From the human T2T-CHM13v2.0 reference genome, Homo sapiens, in the NCBI RefSeq assembly GCF_009914755.1, contig NC_060948.1: a stretch of DNA of 64,000 nucleotides. One strand, given 5' to 3'. Both the position numbers and the translations under genes were made by a program. Below, piece by piece: positions 30,517-47,349 of this stretch. How positions within the stretch are numbered: the stretch's first letter is position 1; the number at the start of each line of letters is the position of its first letter. The notes below the pieces were generated by a model. That model had not been told where the DNA came from and made no database searches. It saw only the letters and a list, made by a program, of their open reading frames with translations.

Positions 30517-30919
30517 ATGATAGTGATGATGGTGATGATGGTGACAGTGATGTTGATGATGGTGATGATGACGGTTATAATGACGATAGTGATGGTGATG
30601 ATGGTAATGATGGTGATGCTCATGGTAGTGACTATGATGTTAATGGTGATGGTGATGATGGTGGTGGTGATATCAATTACGGTTATGGTAATGATAATAA
30701 TGGCAGTGATGATGGTAATAACGATAATGATAATGTTGATGATCATGATGGTGGTGCTGGTGATAATGATAGTAATGATGGGGATGGTGATGATGGTGGT
30801 GATGGTGATGGTAATGGTAATGATAATTATGATGATGATAATAACAATGGCAATGGGATGATAATGATGATGATGATGGTGACAATGTTGGTAATGATAA
30901 TGATAAAAATGAGATGATG
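30517..30919. repeat. Mosaic (GAT/GGT/AAT)n trinucleotide tract
   Basis: Read directly; it generates the Met/Val, Ile/Thr and His low-complexity ORFs. Confidence 0.95.
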
Positions 30920-31049
30920 CTTTTATCTATGTTTCATTTATTTATTTAAAATTTTAACAAGCTTTTAGGAAGTATTCTGCACTAAGATTTTTAGCAACTT
31001 AAAACACCCCATGCACAAGTCTAAAATCTTTTTAAGGAAGCAAAATGTC

Positions 31050-31467
<418 letters not shown>

Positions 31468-32894
31468 CTATATGTATCTGTACTAGTTCATGCTATGCTC
31501 TAGTCCCAGCATTTTATCTCTCCTTTGTAACACATTGTTTCATCAGGCTTATTCATCTCTGATGTGAAACCACTCTACTCTCTCTAGCAAATAATGGCTA
31601 GCTGTAATGACTACCCACTAGCTGTAATGACTTTGCCCGTTCCTCACCTTTATTTAAATTCTTTCTATCATTCAAAAATGATTCCTCAACATCGGCCTCC
31701 TCTGATTTCCACATCCAACCTACATCGATATGCTTTCCTTTAGGACACACTATTTCTGGGGTCTAGTTTGGATGGAATTACAAACAAACTAATTTACCTT
31801 GGCGCTTAGCAATTCCATTAATATATGCATTAATTTAACCATCTAATATAACATACAAATAAGCAACTGGGTTTGGATGACCAGAAAAATTGAAAGAGAA
31901 AGGATCTATGTGTTTGTATTTTTAACTTTTAATCAATAGATATAAGCAATTTTTTAAAATTCTGCCTCATAAATTTAGGATAGAAATGAATGAAAAGCAA
32001 CAATGGAGCAATTCCTTCCCTGTGCTTACCAAATCACATCTATTAACAACATATTGATAAATTTCAATAATTTGATAATTCTATATGATCAGTTGCCTTT
32101 CTGAAGGCTAAGTTTTCCTTTACTGTATTATTTTTCAGGCTTTGACAAACAATTTTGCTTAAAAATTCTAATAACTCTTCTTGTATTAGTGTATTCATAT
32201 TTTAATATTTTTAAAGATTGTAAGTAAATAATGTGAAAGGAGGAGAAAAAGAAACAAAGGGGAGAATAACAGCACTAAGTCATCAATCTGTACTTCTTAG
32301 TGTTGACTGGGGCAAAATTATCTTCATTTTTTTTAGAAAAGAAAAAAATATTGTCTTTTTTCCACTTGTATTATGTGGTCCACAGCACATAGTCAACACT
32401 CATTGGACACCTGCCCAGTGAGCACATAGTCAACACAGCACACAGTCAACATTCATTGGACACCTGCCCACTCTGTTTCCAGCATTGGGTACACACTTGA
32501 GCCACTAACTAGGGGAAGAGGACACTTCTGTCCTGGAATGCAGCTGGTAACTGGATTCTTGCATGGAGAAAAGACGGGCATTGTTTGAAAGTTATTTGGC
32601 TTAATAAACACTTGTAAGTAAGCAACAGTCAAGGTGACATTTGATACCAAGTTTTGAAGAAGAGTGAAGTGCCCTCAGTGAACATGAGGCAAAGGTTTTT
32701 TCTACTTCTGGGAAGAAGGGATAAAAGGAGACAGTAGAAAAGGAAACCGGATAAGAGAAGAATCAAAGGAAGATGAACATTGGGTATTGCTGTGTGTGTG
32801 TGGTTTGTATGGAAGAAAACTCCACATGGTTAAGATATTGGGATTTAGAGAAGAGACATTTATAAAATACAGTCTTATTTACTGATTTAATAAT

Positions 32895-33283
32895 TTTGAC
32901 TTTTATTTGGATTTGGGGGGAGTGTGTGCAAGTTTGTTACATGGGTATACTGCATGATGCTGAGGTTTGGGGTTCAATTGATCCCACCGAGTTAGTAAGT
33001 ATAATATCCAATAGTTTGTTTGTAACACTTGTCACCCTTTCTCCTTCTGCTTTCTAGTAGTTTCCAGTGTCTATTCATGCCATCTTTTTGTCCATGAATA
33101 TGTGATGATTAACTCCTACTTAAAAGGGTGAACATAGAGTATTTGTTTTTCAGCTCCTGTGTTAATTCTCTTAGAATACTGGTCTCCACCTGCATCTAGG
33201 TTGCTGCAAAGGACATGATTTTATTCTTTCTCATGGCTGTACAGTATTCCATGGTATATATTTATCAGATTTGCTTTATCCAC
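32895..33283 (-). mobile_element. L1 3'-end fragment
   Basis: TTTGTTACATGGGTATACTGCATGATGCTGAGGTTTGG..GTATTCCATGGTATAT. Confidence 0.82.
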
Positions 33284-33789
33284 TGTATTGAGTTTCATAA
33301 TAATGAAAGAAAGCAAAACAGTTCTTCAGGAAGATACATTGGAAAAAATATGAACATGTGCTAAAAACAAAATGCTACACTGTAAAAATAGGTATTGCCA
33401 CTTATTTTTCTTCTCTGAAATCAGAAAAATTGATATTTCCTACTATGAATGCATCCATAAGAAGATCTGGTTCCGATAGGTTGAATCATCAATATTATCA
33501 TGATGTGCTTTTGTAAAGTAAGGGAAAATGTAGTTTTAGTAATTATTATAAAACAAATTCCCTAGCTTCTCCATTAATCTTTAGAAGCTCCAAAATGAAA
33601 TGATGAGATTTTTGTCTTATATTAGTTCAAATTATGATGTATGTTGAAAGTCATAAAATAAGTCAGATTTCTAAAGATATTTCCCAAGGTAGTATTCCTT
33701 CTAAATTAAAATAATTTGCTATAAGTATGTAAAGATGCAACTTTGGAAGAGTAATCTGGAATTAAAATTGTATGAAAAATATTCAAATA

Positions 33790-33945
33790 TTAGGCAGGTG
33801 CAAAAGTAATTGCGGTTTTTGCCATTAAAAGTAATGACATTGAAAGTAGTGGCAAAAACCACAATTACTTTTGTGGCTTTTGCAATTAAAAGTAATGCCA
33901 TTGAAAGTAGTGGCAAAAACCACAATTACTTTTGTGCCAACCTAA
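33790..33945. mobile_element. Made1 (Hsmar1 MITE), internally duplicated
   Basis: TIRs TTAGGCAGGTGCAAAAGTAATTGCGGTTTTTGCCATT and TGGCAAAAACCACAATTACTTTTGTGCCAACCTAA. Confidence 0.9.
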
Positions 33946-34764
33946 CACAAACTTCTTGCTCTGGAAATTAGTACATACATATTTCTCATACAAGTCATGT
34001 GTAACTTAACATACTATGGAGGAATAATGAGATTTCTTTTGGTAGATAATCTGACAAATCTGTTGCACAATGAATATGAGCTGTTATATTTTGCTTCTAA
34101 CCTAAATGGGGGCTTTATTGTAAAAGTAGAACATTACACGGCAAGTGTCATAAAACACAAAACTTGAAGGGACTGAAACCACACTGCTAAAGCATCCTAT
34201 ATATTTTCTTCCTCATATTCTAGAAAAGCACAAATTCAGTAGAATCCACTATTCAGGAATCTCCAGGTTTGCTTTTAGTACAAGTTAGTGTTAATATATC
34301 AACATATTCATATTGGCCTTAGGTCAAGTCAGTGATGGGGACACCTTGACTCAACAGAGACTTAAACCTAAGTCATTTTGGGTGACAAAGATGCTACTGT
34401 TGCTGATCTTTTAGTTTTGGAGCCACTTTCAGAATTTGACAGATTATTGTAACAGATGTGGTAAAATTTTACGAAGCCTGGTTCAGTGAATAGAATCATT
34501 AAGATGTTTCTCCTAAAACAGAGGTAAGTAAATGATGCTTTATGTAGTTCTATGTTGGTCCTCTGTTTAAGGATGATGTTTAAGGATGGCCAGCCCTAAA
34601 AGGATGAGCAGCCACTTGCCTTCCAGTTTTGTAGATAACGATTAATATATCTTCCCTTCATTCAAAGGAATCACTTGGCTGTCACTTCCGATGATCCGCA
34701 AACTTCAGACCTCCAGGGACATTAAAGCCGGTCACAGGTGATAAACTCCATTCTTAGCACTTTG

Positions 34765-34950
34765 TCTGATTATTTAGAAACAAAACAATAAACAATAACA
34801 AAACAATGGTTCCCTGTTAAAATGTGAATTTCAGATAAACAATGAGCACATTTTTAAAGGTATGAGTATATCCCAGATATTACATGGGACATGCTTATAC
34901 TAAGAAAAAAAAATTGTGAATCTGAAATTTAAGGGCATCTTTCATTTTAG
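34765..34950. mobile_element. MER53 palindromic MITE
   Basis: GAATTTCAGATAAACAA..GTATGAGTATATCCCA..TGGGACATGCTTATAC..TCTGAAATT. Confidence 0.75.
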
Positions 34951-35349
34951 GTACCAGCTCTTCCTAATTGTCAGTCCCAGAGGTGACCCATTGTCAGGTC
35001 AACCTATTTGAAAGCCCTGGCAGCAGATAAAACTTGGCCACATTTATCCCGCGAATGTACCTTGTTCCTACTACAAAGCAAATCCACTAGTGTTCAGATG
35101 TGTCATAAGGAATCTCAGTTGCATATCACTTGCTGGGAGGAGACTGATTAAACTTCAGTTATTTGCTTATAACCATAACCTATATCTACATCATATAGCC
35201 AGCTCATTTAGCAAGCTTCAGGAATTTGTGAAATAAGGCTCAAAACATCACATGTACCACATAAATATGTACACCTACCATTTACCCACAAAAATCTAAA
35301 AAAAAAAACTCAAGAGAAACAATAACCCATTGGAAGACATCAGTGTGAA

Positions 35350-35350
<1 letters not shown>

Positions 35351-35383
<33 letters not shown>

Positions 35384-35400
35384 GATACACACACAGCACA
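35351..35400. repeat. (CA)n microsatellite
   Basis: Read directly. Confidence 0.95.
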
Positions 35401-36435
35401 ACAGGATTTTGGCAGTTATTTTTGTCCCCCCTAAAAAGCTAACATTTTCACAATTCAACTGGAAAAAAAATGTGTTATTTGATGGAGTCCTAGGTGGCAT
35501 TAGAAAAAAGCAGCTTGAAATCTTACTGTCGGGCGGAGGAGCCAAGATGGCCTAATAGGAACAGCTCAGGTCTACAGCTCCCAGCATGAGCGAAGCAGAA
35601 AACGGGTGATTTCTGCATTTCCATCTGAGGTACCGGGTTCATCTCACTAGGGAGTGCCAGACAGTGGGCGCAGGTCAGTAGGTGCGCACACCATGAGCGA
35701 GCCAAAGCAGGACGAGGCATTGCCTCACTCAGGAAGTGCAAGGAGTCAGGGAGTTCCCTTTCCTAGTCAAAGAAAGAGGTGATGGACGACACCTGGAAAA
35801 TTGGGTCACTCCCACCCGAATACTGCACTTTTCCAATGGGCTTAAAAAATAGCCCACAAGGAGATTATATCTCACACCTGGCTCGGAGGGTCCTACGCAC
35901 ACCGAGTCTTGCTGATTGCTAGCACAGCAGTGAGATCAAACTGCAAGGCAGCAGTGAGGCTGGGGTAGGGGCGCCCGCCATTGCCCAGGCTTGCTTAGAT
36001 AAACAAAGCAGCCAGGAATGTCAAACTGGGTGGAGCCCATCACAGCTCAAGGATGCCTGCCTGCCTCTGTAGGTTCCACCTCTGTGGGCAGGGCACAGAC
36101 AAACAAAAAGACAGCAGTAACCTCTGCGGACTTAAATGTCCCTGTCTGACAGCTTTGAAGAGGGCAGTGGTTCTCCCAGCACGCAGCTGGAGATTTGAGA
36201 ACCAGCAGACTGCCGCCTTAAGTGGGTCCCTGACCCCTGACCCCAAGCAGCCTAACTGGGAGGCACCCCCCAGCAGGGGCAGACTGACACCTCACACGGC
36301 TGGGTACTCCAACAGACCTGCAGCTGAGGGTCCTGTCTGTTAGAAGGAAAACTAACAAACAGAAAGCACATCCACACCAAAAACCCATCTGTACATCACC
36401 ATCATCAAAGACCAAAAGTAGATAAAGCCACAAAG

Positions 36436-37452
36436 ATGGGGAAAAAACAGAGCAGAAAAATTGGAAACTATAAAAAGCAGAGCGCCTCACCTCCTCCAAA
36501 GGAACACAGTTCCTCACCAGCAACGGAACAAAGCTGGACGGAGAATGACTTTGACGAGTTGAGAGAAGAAGGCTTCAGATGATCAAATTACTCTGAGCTT
36601 TGGGAGGACATTCAAACCGAAGGCAAGGAAGTTGAAAACTTTGAAAAAAATTTAGAAGAATGTATAACTAGAATAACCAATACAGAGAAGTGCTTAAAGG
36701 AGCTGATGGAGCTGAAAACCAAGGCTCGAGAACTATGTGAGGAATGCAGAAGCCTCAGGAGCCGATGTGATCAACTGGAAGAAAGGGTATCAGCGATGGA
36801 AGATGAAGCGAATGAAATGAAGCGAGAAGGGAAGTTTGGAGAAAAAAGAATAAAAAGAAATGAACAAAGCCTCCAAGAAATATGGGACTATGTGAAAAGA
36901 CCAAATCTATGTCTGATTGGTGTACCTGAAAGTGACGGGGAGAATGGAACCAAGTTGAAAAACACTCTGCAGGATATTATCCAGGAGAACTTCCCCAATC
37001 TAGCAAGGCAGGCCAACATTCAGATTCAGGAAATACAGAGAACACCACAAAGATACTCCTCGAGAAGAGCAACTTCAAGACACATAATTGTCAGATTCAC
37101 CAAAGTTGAAATGAAGGAAAAAATGTTAAGGGCAGCCAGAGAGAAAGGTCGGGTTACCCTCAAAGGGAAGCCCATCAGACTAACAGTGGATCTCTTGGCA
37201 GAAACTCTACAAGCCAGAAGAGAGTGGGGTCCAATATTCAACATTCTTAAAGAAAAGAATTTTCAAATCTGAATATCATATCCAGCCAAACTAAGCTTCA
37301 TAAGTGAAGGAGAAATAAAATACTTTAAAGAGAAGCAAATGCTGAGAGATTTTGTTACCACCAGGCCTGACCTAAAACAGCTCCTGAAGGAAGCGCTAAA
37401 CATGGAAAGGAACAACCATCACCAGCCACTGCAAAATCATGCCAAAATGTAA
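36436..37452 (+). pseudogene. L1 ORF1p, disrupted
   Basis: MGKKQSRK start; TGA at ~36580 and ~37270; the 188-aa ORF 36706-37272 is the coiled-coil/RRM part. Confidence 0.93.
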
Positions 37453-37515
37453 AGACCATCAAGACTAGAAAGAAACTGCATCAACTAACGAGCAATATAA
37501 CCAGCTAACATCATG

Positions 37516-41349
<3,834 letters not shown>

Positions 41350-42384
41350 ACAATAAGAGCACATGGACACAGGAAGGGGAACATCACCCTCTGGGGCCTG
41401 TTGTGGGGTGAGGGGAAGGAGGAGGGACAGCATTGGGAGATATACCTAATGCTAGATGACGAGTTAGTGGGTGCAGCACACCAGCATGGCACATATATAC
41501 ATATGTAACTAACCTGCACATGTGCACATGTACCCTAAAACTTAAAATATAATAATAAAAAAATATAAAAAATAAAAATAAATTTAAAAAAGCAGCTTAT
41601 CTTGGTACATTAAAAAATTGACTGGTAGAAATTATTTGAGAATATTGTCCTTTATGTGTATAAGCAGCTGCCAATAGTTAAATTTAGATTATAAAAAGTA
41701 TATTTCTTATTAGTTATTTAAAGTTGTATTTCTTTTTACTTTACTTTCCGTGTCTATTTTTACCCTGGGAAAAAAGTAAAATGGTGTTTTACGTGTCTAA
41801 GTAACACCTTTGTTCCTGGTCACAACTGCTTCAAAGATGGAAAAATACAAATTTGGAGTTTCTCTAATTGGACTACATTGTTCAATGACAGAAGGATGCT
41901 TCATGCCAGAAGGATGCCCAGATTCCACTGGATTTGAGCAGCGGTGAGACTTTAAAATACTAGGTTTGAAGAATTTGATGACTTACTGAAATGTTGACAT
42001 GTAAACTTACATTAAGATTTATTTTGAATTTCTATCCCCACAGTAAAAACCACAAGGAAGGAAATCTGGCTTGTATTTATTGCTCAGTAAGAGTTGTTAT
42101 ATCCGTTAAAATAATGCTGCAAGGTACTGGTCTGTGCTTTCTGAGGTCTTTGCAGAGCGGGATCTTTAAATTTTCATTTTGGTGGCATTATTAAAGTCAG
42201 ATGTAATCTCACAGGGTGGAGCACATGGTTCATTTTTCCATGTTGTAGACACATTTTTCATCATAACATAATACCACAAATAAAGTCATTTTCTGACCAG
42301 TGGATCTGAACTAGGAGTAATTTTCCTCACTAGGCAAAATTTAGAAAGGTTTTACAAGTCATTCTCACATTGCTTGTTGGGACG

Positions 42385-43628
42385 CAGTATTCAGGTTTGC
42401 TACATAAATTGTGTGTCATGGGAGTTTGGTGTACAGATTATTTTGTCACCCGGGTGATAAGCATCATATCGAATAGTAGTTTTTTTTTTGTTTTTTTTTT
42501 TTTGTTTGTTTGTTTGTTTGTTTGTTTATTGCTGTGGTTGTTGCTGTTGTTGTTCTTTGAGATTGAGTCTTTCACTCTGTAGTCAGGCTGGAATGCCGTG
42601 GTGAGAACATGCAGGTTTTGGATTTCTGTTCTTGCATTAGTTTGCTAAGGATGATAGCCTCCATATGCATTCGTCTTCCTGCAAAAACAGGATCTCATTC
42701 TTCTTAGGACTGTCCATTGAGTATAGGCACTATGTTTTCTTTATTCAGTCTACCGGTGATGGGTATTTAGGTTGATTCTATGTCTTTGCTATTGTGAATA
42801 GTACTGTGATGAACATGTGAGTGCATGTGTAGTTTGATAGAAGGACTTATCTTCCTTTGTATATATATCCAATTATAGGATAGCTGGGTCAAATGGCCAT
42901 TATAAGTTCTTTGAGAAATTGCAAAGCTGCTTTCCATGGCAGCTGAACTAATTTACACCCACATCAGCAGTGTACAAGTGAGAGGAGAAGCCAGCTGGAC
43001 TTTCTGGGTCGAGTGGGGACTTGGAGAACTTTTCTGTCTTACAAGAAGGTTGCAAAATGCACAAGTCCACACTCTGTAAAAATGCAGCAATCAGCTCTCT
43101 GTAGCTAGCAAAGCAACTGTAAAATTCACCAATCAGTACTCTGTAAAAACACACCAATCAGCAGTCTGTAGCTAGCAAAAGGATTGTAAAATGCACCAAT
43201 CAGCCCTCAGTAAAATGGACCTATCAGTGCTCTGTAAAACACACCAATCAGCAGAATCATAAAAGTAGCCAATCACAGGAAGGATTGAAAAAAAGGCATT
43301 CTGATAGGACAGAAACAGAACATGGGTGGGGTCAAATAAGGGAATAAAAGCTGGCCACACAAGCCAGCAGCCTCAACCCACTCTGTTCCCATGCCATGGT
43401 GTGGTAGCTTTGTTCTTTCACTTTTTACAGTAAACTTTTCTACCACTCACTCTTTGCATCCTTGCCATCTTTAAGAGCCGTAACATTCACCTCAGAAGTT
43501 CATGGCTTCATTCTTGGATTCAGCAAGACCACGAACCCACCAGCAGGAACCAACTCCAGATACACAAGCATTCTCTTTTCTCAACAACCTCATCAGCATC
43601 TGTTATTTTTTTACATTTTTAATAGTCA
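42385..43628 (-). mobile_element. L1 3' end (L1PB/PA-like) containing a short Alu fragment (~42480-42602) and an LTR12
   Basis: GTTTGGTGTACAGATTATTTTGTCACC; resumes CATTCTCTTTTCTC after the LTR. Confidence 0.8.
42979..43564 (+). mobile_element. Solo ERV9 LTR (LTR12F-like)
   Basis: TGAGAGGAGAAGCCAGCTGGAC...AACTCCAGATACA; repeated CCAATCAG; TSD CAAG. Confidence 0.9.
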
Positions 43629-44729
43629 TGCAAGAAGCACTATTTTAGGTAACTGATTTTATTTCGGCGAAAAAATAAAATCTCTTTAGATGGGATAAAA
43701 TTAAGACTTTATGTATTTGCAACATTATATCTTATCTGTCGATCTATATTCATCTATATCTATTTATATTTGTACGTACATATGTGTAAATTCACATAGA
43801 AATTTACGTATTTTAAGTATAAATCACAATAAAATATTAATTTTATCAATATTTGCGTATTTCTTTACTTATTTACTATTTATTTAAAAATATATTGTTT
43901 ATTTCAATATTTATTAATATAAATTCATATGTGTGTTTTTAAGCATTTTTAAAACTTTTTTAAGACTTTTCTTGTTATCCCCAAAACACAAATGACAGAG
44001 TGGTAAGTCCAAAAACTCATTTTAAATACACACATCCCTCAAAATAGTATAAACTTTTTTCTCCTGTTAAAAGCACTATTTTAGGTATTCTATTAACCAG
44101 CCCTAGTTGTCTATTGAATGAAGGGGTCACCCATAATTTTTTCTTCACCTGCTGCTGAGCAGTTCAGCCACTGCAGGGATTCCCCTCACTTCTAAGGGAG
44201 CCCAGCAATTTCTGCCTTGCTTAGCTGCTTGCATTCTTCACACTCCATAGGGAAAATCCAGCCCCCGCTGGGGTCGCCAAATCATGTCATGAGTCTGCAT
44301 CCACCTGGCTAACTCCCTACAACAAAGCAGAGTCAATAATGAATAGTACTGCCTCCAAGAAACCCTGCTGTCCTGAAATTCTAGGTGTCCTTGCACTGTG
44401 GCAACTGCTGAGAGTTCTACTTAAGTTTGGCCATTTTTAACTTCCCTGCGCATATCTTACATAAATCCCCATCATCTGAAATAATTTGTTTGCATCCCCA
44501 TCCTCGTGATCTAAAATTGCCAAAATGCATCATTTACACATACCATTTTCTAGGAGGTTTGGACCCATCAATGCCGATGACTAATATACTTGGGGTCAAG
44601 GCTTGATGTCATGAATCTTGAAGAATTTTCTGCAAACATGTACTTCAGACTTGTCATAAAACAGCGGGATATCCTGTCCATGTTTATTATTTTTAGTTTT
44701 GTACTGGGGCAGGTAATGATTAAAACACC

Positions 44730-45420
44730 ATTCAATAAAATTGAAAACAAAAATTGGAAAGAAATTTAAAGAGATGTTTATAATTGTTAAAAAATGACTG
44801 AGACTGACAGAAAGCGCAGATTACCAAAGTAAAAAATCAAAAGGAGAACTACAGATCATGGACACTGAAAGGAAAATAAGAGAGTATTATAACCAACCAA
44901 ATTTATGACTATGTATGACTATACATCTGATGACTTAGAGGAAATAGAAACATTCTGAGAAAAGCATAACATTGTGAAACCAACACAAGAAGCCACAGAA
45001 AATTTGGGCACTATATCTAGTAAAGAAAGAAAAAAAATTATTAATTATGGATTTCAATATTAATTTGGGTCTCAAAAATTGAAGATGGGTTTCAACATTT
45101 CCCATAAATGAAACTTCAGATACTGATTGTTTTCCTAGTAAATTCCACCAAATATTTATGATGGAAACAATGCTAAATGTATACAAACTCAATGTTACAG
45201 AATTACAGAATAAGGAAAATGTATGTAACTTCTTTAATGTCATTAATATAATCCTAATACCTAAATCTTACTACAACATTATCCCTTCCCATCCCATCAG
45301 GCCATATCTTTCATGACATACATACCAAAATTCTTTATAAAAATGAGCCATATGTAATATGGACTGTACATAAAGACAGTCCATATTTCAAACAACAATT
45401 ATTTAAACTGATTTCTGTGA
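44730..45420 (+). mobile_element. Ancient L1M ORF2 fragment
   Basis: Degenerate ORF2 DNA (AAATTCCACCAAATATTTATG, CCTAATACCTAAA). Confidence 0.6.
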
Positions 45421-45887
45421 CAAAATATAAAAGAACTATCAATATAGAAAAATTGTGGACCACATGAATTTGTTTATTTTTAAACCAGCAAATGAATTTT
45501 AAGCTGAGAAATCAACACTTTTATCCTAAACCATCTGGATAAAACATGTAAAATATTGCATATCTAAAACTATAGTATGAATAAAGCTGAAGAGACATCC
45601 CCAAAGGTAAACACCTTTAATAATAAACAAATGAACATGAATCAATTATACTCAACTTGTTTAAAAGAAAACAAAATATTATTAAATAGATAAGAAAAAA
45701 ATAATTCTTAAATATAATAACTTCCTGCTTAGTTGAGGGGTTGGTTCTGTTGGATACAAAATCAAAGTTATATAAATAGCTAATCTCTCTGAGAAAAAGA
45801 AGAAAAGAATCAATGGAAAAATTTATAAAAAACAAAAAGGAAGCAAATAGAAAAACTAAATTTAACACAATTAAGAGTGTGACAACA

Positions 45888-46142
45888 GGCTGGGCATGGA
45901 GGCTCATGCCTGTAATCCCAACTCTTTGGGAGCCCAAGGCAGATGGGTCACCTGAGGTCAGGAGTTCGAGCTCAGCATGGCCAACATGGTGAAACTCCAT
46001 CTCTACTAACTATAAAAAAAAAAAAAAATTAGCCAGATGTGGTGGTGGGTGCCCATAATCCCAGCTACTCAGGAGGTCAATGCTACAGTGAGCCATGATT
46101 GCACTCTGCATTCTGGGTGACAGAGAGAGACCCTGTCTCAAA
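45888..46142 (+). mobile_element. Alu with internal right-arm deletion (S/J chimera)
   Basis: Junction CCAGCTACTCAGGAGG|TCAATGCTACAGTGAGCC. Confidence 0.85.
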
Positions 46143-46271
46143 CTAGGTTAGAAACGGACTCTTTTTGTAAAAAATAAATAAATAAATGTAAGTGTACTGA
46201 TTGCTTAATGAATTGATGAGTATTTACTGGAAGAGTGTGTCATAGAATTTAGGTTTGGAAATTCTGTGTTA

Positions 46272-46435
46272 GAGCAGCACTTTTCTACCATGCTTCAAGT
46301 ATTTCAATCCCCTGGGATTCTGCTTAGTGCAGGTTTCAATTCTTTATTTCTAGGGTCGTGTCTTTGATTCTGCATTTCTAACAATCTCCCAGCTTAGACT
46401 AATTCTATCCATTCATGGACCACCCTTGGAGTGGA
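46272..46435. mobile_element. MER5A
   Basis: TTCTGCATTTCTAACAATCTCCCAG..GGACCACCCTTGGAGT. Confidence 0.65.
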
Positions 46436-46813
46436 ATGAGGTCAGAGCAGAAAGTTAAGAGGTAGAGAGTATGGAGAAATGAGGCTTGCACAGCTTGGAC
46501 TAGTGTGTTAATTAGTTTTGATGATATCCTGCAGGTGACAGGCAGCCATTGAAGAGTTAGAAGGAGCTAAATGATCATGCATGTTTTCAGGAGTATCTTC
46601 TGAATGGAGGGTAGGTTTGACATCATTAACCTTAGGGGAAAGACCCATGTAGACAACTTTGTAACAGGCAAACTAGGAGAAGACAAAGGTGTGAACCAAA
46701 CTAGTAATCTATAGGAGAGTTGTGAGATTTTCAGGAAATGTTTGGAAGTTTCAATAATCAGAATGTGACCATTTATCTGGGGAGGTGATGAATGTGGGAG
46801 GTAAAGCTTAAGG

Positions 46814-47349
46814 CAGCAGTTTCCAACCTTTTTAGCACCAGGGACTGGTTTAGTGAAAGACAATTTTTCCACAGGCCAGCAGTGGGGAGGATGGTTTTGA
46901 AATGATTCAAATGCATGACATTTAATTGCACACTTTTTTTGCTATTATTATTACACTGTAATATATAATGAAATAATTTTACAACTCAAACTCAGCATCA
47001 TGTAGAATCAGTGGGATCCCAGGGCTTGTTTTCCTAGAACTAGATGGTCCTATATGGAGTGATGGAAGACAGCGACAGATCATCAGGCATTAGATTCTAA
47101 TAAGAAGCACACAACTTAGAACCTTTGCATGTCCAGTTCACAATAGGGTTAAAATTCCTATGATAATCTAATGCCACTGCTGATCTGACAGGAGGCAGAG
47201 CTCCGGTGGTGACACAAGTGATTGGGAGAGGTTGTAAATACAGATGAAGCTTCACTCATTTGCCTGTCACTCACTTCCTGCTGTGTAACCTGGTTTCTAA
47301 CAAGCCACAGACTAGTACCTGCCCATTGCTCAGAGTTTGAGCACCCCAG
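46814..47349 (+). mobile_element. MER1A
   Basis: Colinear with 15675-16209; degenerate TSD GCTTAAGG/TCTTAACA. Confidence 0.87.

Noticed and set aside
30454-30885. Met/Val-rich, Ile/Thr-rich and poly-His ORFs
   Set aside because: They are translations of a trinucleotide microsatellite, with no gene context.
34400-34530. Strong donor GAG|GTAAGT (also AAG|GTAAGC near 25481) as host exons
   Set aside because: No convincing acceptor or recognisable peptide; such motifs occur by chance.
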